A DNA stretch of 64,000 nt. Source: Asterias rubens (Eukaryota). The notes under the pieces were generated by a model, which worked only from the letters and a program-made list of their open reading frames with translations, was not told the DNA's origin and made no database searches. The stretch is from the NCBI RefSeq assembly GCF_902459465.1, contig NC_047080.1:5270001-5334000 (forward strand), written 5' to 3'. Both the position numbers and the translations under genes were made by a program. Each line of letters starts with the position of its first letter. The first letter of the stretch is position 1. Positions 10,301-22,300 of this stretch are shown here, piece by piece.

Positions 10301-13300
10301 TGAAACTTGAATACAAATTCAAAGGTTATGTTGAAATGATGCCATTTCTACCATTGGTAATCCCTAGGGTTATAAATTCCAAGGAGCTTTTGGAAACAGT
10401 ATCCAAAGCACTTGAGAAGTAGACCAATGAGCAGGGTTTCTTTGTTTGTGGAAAAAAGTATTGTCTGATTTTCTTCACCATGCCGACATAAAAAGTCTGA
10501 ATTCAGCCAAAAGTCTGAACAATCTCATCCCTGTAGTAACACCATGTGTGTATCTTACTTGCCAGGTAGAGTTTGTTCTTAGAGAACTGTCTTTCTTTAT
10601 TCCACTACCACAAAGTAGATTTATTGGATGTTCGGGAGACTTCTCAGTTCTAAAAAGAACTGTCCTGCTGTTTAACCACTACCTGGGCGGAAGGTGTAGA
10701 AAATTGGCTGGGACTACTACTTTAGCTTTTAGGATCGTGATTAACTGCACTACTGCGGAGTCAGTACTTGAATTGGTCGTGAAAAAGTTCTTGAAAAAAT
10801 CTAAGAAGCAACACTAACTAAATCAAGCTGCAAGGATTAGTAGCAGTTAGTCCGACTGTACACTAGGGTTGGAGTTACATGCATGCTACCTTATTTTTAC
10901 CTGAACAATAATAAAAGCGCGGTGATGAAATCATGAAAATGATTGTATCTCGTGATACCGGTGGAATCATCTATCCTGATTGTACCAAAAATCTGCGTAG
11001 CATGCAGAGTACCGATGAAAGGGGTTGGATATAGAAGCATGAGGGAAGGGTGAAATGGGGTAAAAAAAAGATGCAAAATGGAAAAGAAGAATAATTCATG
11101 AGATGGATATAAAGCAAAAGATGACAAAATGATCAGAAAGAAAATGGCTGCCATGAAGGATTGATTGACCTATTGCCATGGTTACCGAGGAGAAAAGGCT
11201 ATTTTAGATGCGACTGATGGAACTTTGCTGACGTGAGTCACAATGATGGGATAGTTAGAGAACTTGATCACTTAATACTTGATTCCTTATGTGGAAAAAA
11301 GTTGGAGAGAATTTTGAGAACTTTGATAGTTTTTATATTTGGTGATAATTTTGATAATTTTGAGAATTTACTTAGGAAATGTTAGATAATGATGTTTACT
11401 CTATCCCATGTTGTTTACATCACTCAATTTCAGGTTTTTGAATTTTACAAAGGGTTCGTGGGCATGAGGTTTTTTTTCCCTCCTTAGTAACCATAGCAAC
11501 AGATATATCCGGATCAATTCATGCATGACAAAGCGTGACGCTAAGTCAGTCTACCTGAACAGTAGTAGAAGTCCCATGAAGAAGTTGCTGAAGTTATTAT
11601 TACGATTAATGGCTTTGCCGTCGTCCGCTATGCTGATATTGCCGAAGATCTGAAACAAAATAAGTCAGTGACGACCCCCCCATGGGAACACAACAGGAAA
11701 GACAAAGTCACGGACCAGGTTCAGTTAGGTTTGTTAGTTAAAATAATACATGAAACAAATGGAAACATAACATACGCCTTTTACTTGTTGAATGACGACA
11801 TTTTGTTGTTGTTGTCACATAACTGAAAGCTTGATTTTCAAACGTTACCGTGACAAAAAAAGTTTATGGCCTGATGTTTTGACCCAAGTAGAGTCTTTCT
11901 CGAAGGCTAAATAACAACACAACATCATTCTTTTGGGTATGCTGCCAAAACATAGAATTTGAACTGCCTCTAGCTACCGGGCAACCTCGGTAGTCTAGTT
12001 GGTTAGACACTGCTCTAGAATTGAAAGGGTCGTGGGTTCGAATCCCACCTGAGTAACATGCCTGTGATATTTCTTCACAGGACTCAGGAAAGTACTGAGT
12101 ATACAGTTCTACATGTAACACACATCGGTGTATTGGTAAAAACCAAAATTAATGCTCCATCTTTGGTTTGTTTGTTTGTTTGTTTGTTTGTTTGTTTGTT
12201 TGTTTAAATGAGCTTCCCATCAAGGGAACTCGGCAACTCCCACAAAGGGATATAAACACCAAGTCTGTTTGATGTTAAAATCACTGTGCAAAGTGTCACT
12301 GCTCTAAAACTGATGAAGGAGCCCTATTTCATAGAGCTGCTTAAGCACAAGTAGCTAGGCATAAACAGAATTATGCTTACCAGAATTAGGTTACCAGCCA
12401 AACAACCATGTCACAAGTACAAATTGCGACTGGTATCCAGCTAGTTTCTGCTTAGCAGGAAACTGCTTAGCAATATTTTCTTTCCTAAGCAGCTTTATAA
12501 AATTGGGCCCAGGGAGCCCAAACCGGGGCTGGAGCCCAAACCGGGACGGGGAGCCCAAATTGGGCCCAAAGAGCCCAAGTTGGGCCCAAAGAGCCCAAGT
12601 TGGGCCCAAAGAGCCCAAGTTGGGCCCAAAGAGCCCAAGTTGGGTCCAAAGAGCCCAAACCGGGACCGGAGCCCAAGCCGAGGTTTAGGAAAGGTCCTTT
12701 GGATGTGATTGATAAAGAACCTACCTGCATGCCAATGATTGCATAGATGAAAAACAGCATGAATGTTAGAAGACAAACCCAAGGCAGCGACTGTAAAAGA
12801 ACAAAAACAATTTCAACATTTTACTTTTTACTGTTTACGCAACAACTAGTCCCTCTTATGGGAGTCAGGTTGGTGTAGTGGTTTCTTGCCGTGCCATGCA
12901 CCTCAATCCTACATGAGGCACTATGTGGATTGGGTTTTCAGTCCCTACCTGACTGCGTGGGTTTCCCTGGAATAATTCTCTGGGGGTTTTCCTCCCACAT
13001 CTTAAACTGAAATGTCTTCATTTTTTGTCTTCTCACCATGTCCATACGCTGAAAAGGCTTTGACAAGTATTAGTATAGATGTGGATGTAGATTTTGAGAG
13101 GCATTGTATGTACATGTAACTGTATGTTCAGTGTGCGGTCACACCATGTGTACATGTACATGTATATCTACTTTGCTGTGCAGATTTGTCCTTGATAACT
13201 CCTCTTCCTATTTGTTCTACTGTCGAGGAGTATGTTTCAGAATTCATCTGTTCTTTCAAATCATCACTCCTTTATAAGGAGTTCCGGACCACTCCCCTTT

Positions 13301-16300
13301 TCTCACCTTGAATGATTGTACGAATGTCCAGAGGAGGATTCGAATGGAGGACCCTTGACGGAGTAGTTTGATCAACCGAGCAGCACGGAACAACCTCAAG
13401 ACACTGAGATTAATGAAGCCATCCTGACCGAGGGGGAAAAAGTTTGAATATTCAAATATGCAAAATCAAATGATTTGAATATTCATAAGATATCCTTCAA
13501 CAATAGACCCTTCCCATGAACTATGTACATTGCACATAGCGCGTGCGCACTAACATTTTGGTTGGCAAAATGAGGGAAAATCGCGCTGTTTTGTACGTGG
13601 CTAATGGCTGTGTGACGCAGACGCGATTGCGCGTCTGCTTAGTGCACAACTCTATGGCGTTTGCCAACCAGTAGGGTCTGTACGAATGCGTAAATGTAAT
13701 AAGCATATTTCATGGGAAGGGTCCATTCAAATTGTTTCAAACTTCTTTAAAACTTCATGCAAATACAGTGTGAAATTTAGGATTTTTTTTTTTTTAAGGT
13801 TTGTTTCTTAAGCCTGGTTCATGCTTTATGAAAATTGAACAAACTAAACAAAATTCGCTTGGTCACATTGGAAACATATCTTGAACTTGGCTTTAAAGAA
13901 TGTTTTGATTGACTCCAGCAAATAAATCTCTTCTACAACAGATATTAAATTTGCATCGGGATAAAGAATATCTCTTCTAGTTCTTGCATATCAATTTGAT
14001 TAGTCTAATTCAATCAGTTTGTGCGTTTCAAAAGACTTTTTGTCCAAATCATTTAAGCAGTCAAAATATTAATGCTGTTTTTGGTTTTGTTTTTCATTCC
14101 GAGATACTGTGCAAATATAGTTCAACTCACAACAGGTTATAAAACAAAACAAAGTTTTATACAACCGTTTAAATCTGACGAGAAAACGTAAAAACAGGTT
14201 ACGGCTACTACAGAGTCTACCACCCTCAGCGACATGTAGCATAGCAAACAGCAGCAGAGGAAGTGGGGTCTGTCTAGGCCGTTGGCTTAAGGGTTGGCTT
14301 CGTGGTGAGAGAAGGAATGGATGGTTGGTCCCCCCTTGGGGAACAGAGTAGGGGGATTTCCGGTGGGGATTTCCAACAGAGGGTGAATGGATGGAATTGA
14401 CGCTATACTTACATCAGGCTACAAGAGGGAAAAATCAGAGACAAAAACAACAAATTATACGAGCATGCACCGGATTTGGGGGGGTTGTATATTAACACTG
14501 ATGGTTTAAAGTGTAATATAAGGGGGCCCTATAGGGGGAGGGGTTAGGCGGAGGAGGAAAAAGGGGTAATAAATCCCAGGGTTCCCTGACCACGATGACC
14601 TGCTGTAAGAATGACGGGACTGTATCAACATTCAACCAACGGAGGCAGGAAATGCAGAATTCGACATGACTTTTCTTTCTCAACAAAGAACAAGTATTTT
14701 TGATTTTTCAAGATATCCTTTTTACAGTGGTTTGATTTGGCTGAAGGTTCTGTCTTAAAGGCAGTGGACACTATTGGTAATTACTCAAACATTGGCCATC
14801 GGTTTAGCGTTTTCGCGTCTCGGTTGAGGCGCAGTGACAATCGCTGTTCGGACCAACCAGTGACCGATTTAAGGACTCGGTTGGGCTTTGGTTGGGGTTG
14901 TCAAAACGCAGCCCTTATGTAGGTGGTGCAAATAGTCTGGTTCCTTATATGCATTTGTGTTATACTCTTTACGTAAAACCCAGGGAAGCAGACTGAATTG
15001 GTCACAGCATGGTAAAGCTTAATGCACGCATGTCTACTTACTCCAAGTTTCACTGCAGTAAGACACTTATTAAGGGAATCCTACACAATTGAATTGAATT
15101 CTAATGCCAACTACTGCTTGCCAAACTTGTTAGAGGTTATTTACTTCACATAAGCACCATGTAAGTTAGTATTAATGTTAAGACACCTAAATACAGTTTG
15201 TTGCAATGTAATCTATAATCAAGTGTCCTCAACTCAAAATAATGAAAAAAAACAAAAGTAGCTATGTAATTATCCCATATTTCAGTATGACCATCATTTT
15301 AATAAAAACAAAGTATGCTCAACTGACAACTCTTAGGCAGCATTTTAGCAGATGAAGTTTTAAAGATATCGTTAAACCTTTTGTGTAATACTGGAACCGT
15401 TTTTCTTTCTTTTCAAAATATTGGGCTCAACTACAAAAATAAAGGCTACCGACTACATGTAAGTATTAAAACCTTGGAAGGGGAGGGGCTAGGGTGTTGG
15501 TAGGGGAGGGAGGGTGCTCAGTTATTTGAAGAATACTTACCCCGACTTGAGTTATAATAGCGTCGGCAATGCTTCCTAGCACAGTGATGAAGTCAAATGT
15601 GTTCCACGCTGCACGGAAGTAGTTCTATATGAAAGGTTTAGATTCAAGAAGTTAAAAAAACAAAAACTCTTGCCATACAGCAGGAAAATTTACAGAAAAG
15701 ACATTTGAGAAATGAAAGATAGATGGAAAAATGTGGTTTGAAGATGACCGCAAGAAACACTTGTTCACTTTATAAGTTACTTTTGACATTGAGAGTTGAA
15801 GAATATATTTTCTGAGAGAAGGTTTCCAACAAAAATGACCCAAAACAATGACATCTGTGCCAATGACTGATGAAAAATCATATTTTTCTTTTGCAAATAA
15901 TACTAAATTGGAGAGAGTTTTAGAAGAAAAAGAAGTAAAGAAAGAATAAAATGAAAACTAATCAAGAGATTATAGAAAAAGTTAAAGAAGAGGTTTTAGA
16001 AGAGGTATATCACTGTCTTAAAACTGCCTTGATCCTTTTGGGAACCACTGGAGTTTATGAAATAGCAATGGCTGTTATTTAGAGCAATTCCAAAGAAATA
16101 ATCGTTGTGCTTCAAAAAGTATTACCCCTAGTCAATCCCCTAATTATCCCATTTTCTTGAACCATCTCAGCTCCCTGACGAGTATACAGCCTGCGCTGCC
16201 AAATAAGTAGTATAACAATCTGAATCTATCACAAGGACCATATCTGCCCCTCGTGGGTGAAGAGAAGCAATTAGAGTCAAGTGTAGTGCTCATGGACACA

Positions 16301-19300
16301 AATAATTGTCATGACCAGGATTTGAACCCACACCCACCAACATAGCTTGTATACACCTGCAACCTAGGACCTCCTTGTCCCTCTTTTGCAACAGCTCCCG
16401 TTGGTTTTGTACACGTTTTCCAACTGTGGACCTTTCCCGAACCGTGGACCCTATTGCCCTCTTTTGTTATGGGTCCTCGGTTTGAATAAGTATACATGTA
16501 CCTACCCACCCAGAATTGAGTCTGACACACATTAATTGCTTTGCTCTAGAATGCATTACGATATGTGAGCAGACTATTTGATCTCATTGTCAAAACACGC
16601 ATTTGAAAAAAAACAAAAAAACTTTTATATGATTTTTTTCAACAACAAAAGACATTTGTGAATGATATCCCACTAGTAATCAGACAGATAGACAGTAATA
16701 ATCCCTGGATTGTAATTTACATAAAAACAGAAAAAGAAATGAGGAATGATTATAGAACGCATCATTGCAATCACAACAAAGTCAATGTTGAGCATTAGTC
16801 AAACAGATGCTGAATATTTTTAGTTCGTGCTTTCTCTAGTTATTTTTCTCCAGAAAGAGGACACAATTTCCTTTTTAACCATCTCTTCAAAAGATTTTCA
16901 AGAAAGTTTTCAAGAATACTTTCTCAGCGTCAGCAGTCTACTAATGTTATGATGTAAAAGTGATGTAAAAGAATTTGTTGTGACTTTATACATGTGTATA
17001 TTTAAAGACACTGGACACTATTGGTAATTGTCAAAGACCAGTCTTCTCACTTGGTGTATCTCAACATATGCATAAAATAACAAACATGTGAAAATCTGAG
17101 CTCAATTGGTCGTTGGAGTTGCGAGATAATAATGAAAGAAAAACCACCCTTGTTATACATAGTTGTGTGCTTTCAGATGCTTGATTTCGAGTCCTCAAAA
17201 TCTAATTCTGAGGTCTCGAAATAAAATTCGTGGAAAACTACGTTACTTCAGAGGGAGCCGTTTCTCACAATGATTTATACTATCAACAGCTCTCCATTAC
17301 CCGTTACCAAGTAAGGTTTTATGCTAATAATTATTTTGAGTAACTACCAATAGTGTGCACTGCCTTTAAACTGGATCAAAGATTCAAATTTGTCAGCTCA
17401 GCAATAATAAGGTTCTTAACTGCAATTTCATTATGAAAAATGTGTATACAATTGATAAATAACCCAAAATCCATATATAATTATAATAGTTTTTCTTGCT
17501 TTCATTAACCAAACAATTTCTTTTGAGATGACTCTTGATCAACAACCTAAATAAACCAGAAGCTCCAAAAAAAAGCAAAACCACTTTGATAAAATGCAAT
17601 AACAACCTGATAGTCCTGAGCCGACAAATTGAACAACAGAAAAAGTAAAGTTTGAATGAGAATTAAATTTTGACAAATAAAACAATGTAGACCATACACA
17701 CAGCTTGATTGGTCACAAACATCAAAATCATCAAAAACAATGCCATGAACCTGCACACAAAATGAATTGTTCAAATATTTAAATGAAGAGCATCTCATGC
17801 ATATGCAACGATTTTATGCAAAGTAGGCTTGTTCATGCATCATCAGCCATTGAGCATGGGTCATGAGATTGGACATTTTCAAACACAAAGGTAAAGGGCA
17901 AATTTAGGTGACAATGGGTACATTTTTAAAAATCCATTGCATATTCAAATAACGTCCCATGTTTTTTTAAAGAACTTTTGAACCAAGTATGAAGAATTCT
18001 GTAAAATGCACATTCAATTTTGCCACAAAATGTGGTTATTCACATACTATTAAAAACAGTGTTATCAGTTGAACTCTGTTAAAAAAATTGTTTAGTTGAT
18101 GGAAAAATTGTTTAGTTGTAATTTCAAAACACATTACACCAATCCGGATAGGCAGTATGCCCCGCCCATCAAGGTGGGTGGAGCATAAATGATTTAATTT
18201 TAGGCGCTTTTTATTGGTCAAGGAAGGTTGGAATTGGAAAGGTAACCTGCATTCTTAGCTAAAAAAATTAGTCCACAGTTTAGAGATTGGACTTCTTGAC
18301 AACTTTCACCTCACAAAGAATCAAGATTCTGAAAGGTTTCCTTGAAAATCTACAAAAGACATATATGTTTCAAACTACATTGTGTATTTGGAAATTTGAT
18401 AGTATTTTTCTTATTACTACAGCTACAGAAATTGAAGTAGATGTCAGCATACTGCTTGCATGAGAAATTCAAATGAGTGGGTGTGGTTGATTGACAGTAT
18501 AAACTGGGTGTGGTCTTTTGCCAAATCCGGATTGGTTCATTCTAAAAATAGGGGTTAAAAAACTGAATTGATATACATGTAGATCTGTTTGTACCTTTGG
18601 CCCATAAGCAATGAGCTTAAGAACAGCTTCAATAGTGAAGAGCACCGTAAAGGCGATGTTGAGGTAAGCTAGAACATTAACGTACTCATCAGATGCTTTA
18701 TATTGCTGGGTGATTCAAAAAATTGGGGGAGATGGAATCGGGGGGGGGGGGGGGGGGGGGGAAATGGTAGAGGAGGATAGAGGAGGTGTTTCAAAGAAGA
18801 GAAAAAAGAAAATAATACACATTTGGATGATAATGATTGACAACATGCATGGGAAACTGAAAAGAGTTCATGTGTTTCAATTCCAAATTTCTGTCTGATA
18901 AAGATGCTCATGTTGATTTTAAACTACTGATAAAAGTACAGCGGCAAAAGAGTTTGCGTTTCATACTTATTTGAATATATTTCAAAAGGTCTTTACTGTT
19001 CAGGAGATAAACAATTTGAAACTGAAAAACATCTTCTCTTTTGATTTTTCAAAAAACGAATGATAGCATGTATACGTCATGCTAAACAACAATGACAACA
19101 ACAACAACGATGACAACAACAACAACAATGCCAGAAACAACGACTGACAGAGGCACCAAAGGATATTATAGTAGACTTGTGGACAAGTCGATAAATGTCT
19201 GTCGCGGCAATAGCGTTCCCACTCTCTCTGCGATTCCCGCAACACTGGCGATTTTCTCGCAAGACTGCTGGCCCCTGCGAGCCTACTGCTCTTGTGCTGT

Positions 19301-22300
19301 GCAGTCTCATAATTGGGAAGTAGTAATCGGCAGCCGGCAGCTCCGCGCTAGGGCAGTGATCTCGCGAGAGAAGTATTCAATCGCAGAAACCTGAATCATT
19401 ACACCACCACACCATGACTTGCGACACAGACCATTTGTTAACGACTTGTCCACAAGACTAATACAATAGCTAAGATGGACGGTGGAAGAGCATAGCCCAG
19501 GAGGATGATGATGCTGCTGATGATTTTGGTGATTACACTCAGTAGAAGGTAGATCTTGCTGAGTATCTTACCCTTGGTCCAAACCCAATTAGCTTGAGGA
19601 TTGCTTCGATTGTGAAGAGGACTGTGAACGCTATGTTCAAATACTTCAAAGTGTCCGTGTAGGTAGCCTCAGCCTTATATGTCTGAGGATAGGGGGAGGC
19701 ACCGGGAGTGCCCATTGTTAGTCAAATTAGTAACTGGCTGTGTTCCGAATTGGCAGCTACATGCTACGGCTATGGCTAGATGTCCACCCCAACATGTGCT
19801 GAAGTATGGCACGCACTTAGCAATGACCGTAGCCGTAGATGTAGCCACTTATTCGGATACAGCTCTTGTTTTTTATGGAAAGGGTTAATCTACAATACAC
19901 TGATCCTGCAGTAGGCTGTAAGAGTGTTTCTTTATATGCAACTCGTGCAGAATATTGTCGCTGGATAATTGAGTAATTCGCGTCATGACGTCTGTGCTCA
20001 GCGGCTACAATTTGTTCATTCTTTGTAAATTGCTTGATTCCAATGTTCGACATGTGGAGGGGCTTAGTGATTAGCTTGTTCAATCAAAACCAACCAACCC
20101 CAGGTCATTAGAGTTTAGTGCTAGCATTTCAAAAGATTGATGTTTTGCAATAAATGGAACCTAATCGGTTCAAATCTCAAGAAAAAAAAGAAGAAAAAAA
20201 AAAAAATTCAATGTGTAATAAATGTTCGTAGTATGACTGGTACTCAGCCCTACACTAAAGGAACTGTGTCATCATGATCAACGCAGGTTTGTGGCTGTAC
20301 ATGGGATGATGAATTCTCATCCGGTTACAAGACGCACATGCGCTCTCCATAGATGCAACTTGGAGTTAGGGCGCCCTGGTGCTGTATCTGGCTGAGAGTT
20401 CATAATTCCATGTACATCAACAGGCTTTGGCTCAATTTCATAGAGCTGCTAAGCACAACAATTTGCTCAGCATGAAATTTCTTCCTTGATAAAAACAGGG
20501 TTACTAAACATTTCCATTTGTTGCATATTGCTTGTTACTCGTATTCAGCTGTCGTTTGCTTATCCTGAAAATCATGCAGAAGTTTGGTGTGCTTAGCAGA
20601 TGTGCTTAGCAGACCTATGACATTGGGCCCTGATTTGATTATGATGACACAACACCTTTAAGGATCAGTGTATTTCTAGCGATGCTGTCTTTATACAAAG
20701 CACTCAAATAGAATAAAGAATTGAATACAATAACAGGTGTCGTCATCGCTCATCTACCCCATTAGGAATCCTTGGTATCGCCATTCTCAAAATGGGCTCA
20801 AAAGGAACTTTTTTGTTGATTTTGATGCTATTTGAATGTCTCCTGATTGATTGAATGGTTTTTCTATTGGTGGACATATCAATGGCTTCAGCTCCTTAAG
20901 TGGTCCAAATTGATATTGATAGCTTATGTGAGCAGTGTTGTGTCTGATTGGCAACCATAACTTCGAGAAAATGAGTTGCAGCTTCAGAAAAGTGTCCAAA
21001 TTAGAATAGTTTAATTGAATTGTGAAGGGTTGATTCCAATTGTTACCAGAGAAGAACATTGGTTGCAATGCAAGTATCAAACTTGAAATAGTTCAATTGA
21101 GTTTTAAAGTAACAATTTTGGTTGGCAACCATACATGTAGCTAGCAGAAAATGAGTTATGTCAGAAAACTACTACCGGATACACATTGGAATAATTTAAG
21201 TGCATTTTGAAGGGTCGATTCTTATTGGTGTCTATAACTCCATGAAAATTGGTTGCAACATTAGACAAGTATCCCAAGTGTTATGAGTGATAACGACCCT
21301 GTGCATTGTTATAATTGCTAGACTACTCTATTATTCCATTCTTCATCATGGTTAACGCCATCTTGGTTGTTTCTCATTCAAGTCATTGTAAGGCCGTGCC
21401 GAAACGGCAACTTCGGCTAAAGCTGGGGCTAGATCGCGTTCGTCTGCCTATTCTTCAACACTGGCAGACGCGTTGATCTAGCCGTAGCTGTAGCCGAAGT
21501 CACGGTTTTGGACACAGCCTAACTGAGCTTGAGGTTGATGAGAAATTAGTCTGGCTACTTCTACTGTATTATAATGTAAGTATCAGTATTGAAGATTCGC
21601 TATAGAGATCATGGGTAGACAGGGAATATGTCATAAGGTTTATCGCGATTCAGAACCCCAATGCGTTGTGGGTAGGCGGTTGGGGCATTTGCGACCGCGC
21701 AGTATGTTGTCATGCCAACATGCGCACGCATGGCCAATATCTTTGTGTGGGTTCAACAGCACCCTCTCTTGATATTTTGCCATTTGCGATAAACCTTATG
21801 ATGGCGTTATCATGATGAAGGTTTGGACTACGGACTTCAATAACTCATCTAGCATCTCTGCCACAATATTAAGAAATAAAAAGCAGAAATTAAGACATGT
21901 CCGTCAGTTGAAGATATGTCCATTATGTCAAGTCCTGTTGGAGAGGGTTGAGGTGAGGGTGGGGTTAGGGTCAAGATCAGGGTCACAGTAATTTAACAGT
22001 TGGGAAGTAAAAGAAGGTCAGTCAATCAGATAATCAATAAGGTATTATTAGCTTGCATCGGAAAAAAACAAATTGCACTACGATCAATAATATGTGTAAA
22101 AAAACAAACCACAATCAATACTTTATCAATTATTGACTAAAAAATCCCCAATTAATAGTCTGTAAATAGTTGTCAGTCAATAATCGATTCAACAATGAAC
22201 AGCTTATCAATATTCAGTCAATAATCAGTTTAGCATAGAACAGCTATCAAACTATCAAACTATTGATCAATAGTCAATTCTTCAGTAGTCAAGTCAACAA

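Noticed and set aside
10555-10650. Open 91-nt segment ending in CAA|gtaaga in intron 34b-35
   Set aside because: It is phase-incompatible with exon 35, has no channel homology, and similar sequence near 23810-23900 shows it is a dispersed repeat.
12551-12660. CRISPR-like array (also 35036-35350)
   Set aside because: These are direct tandem repeats without unique spacers, in a eukaryotic intron.
12391-12782. Repetitive ORFs ([10 protein letters not shown]...)
   Set aside because: They are translations of a 20-bp minisatellite attached to a MITE.
19158-19166. ATATCCTTT (AT-AC U12 donor consensus) between exons 30a and 30b
   Set aside because: It has no upstream exon or matching U12 branch/AC acceptor, and such a 9-mer is expected by chance in AT-rich DNA.
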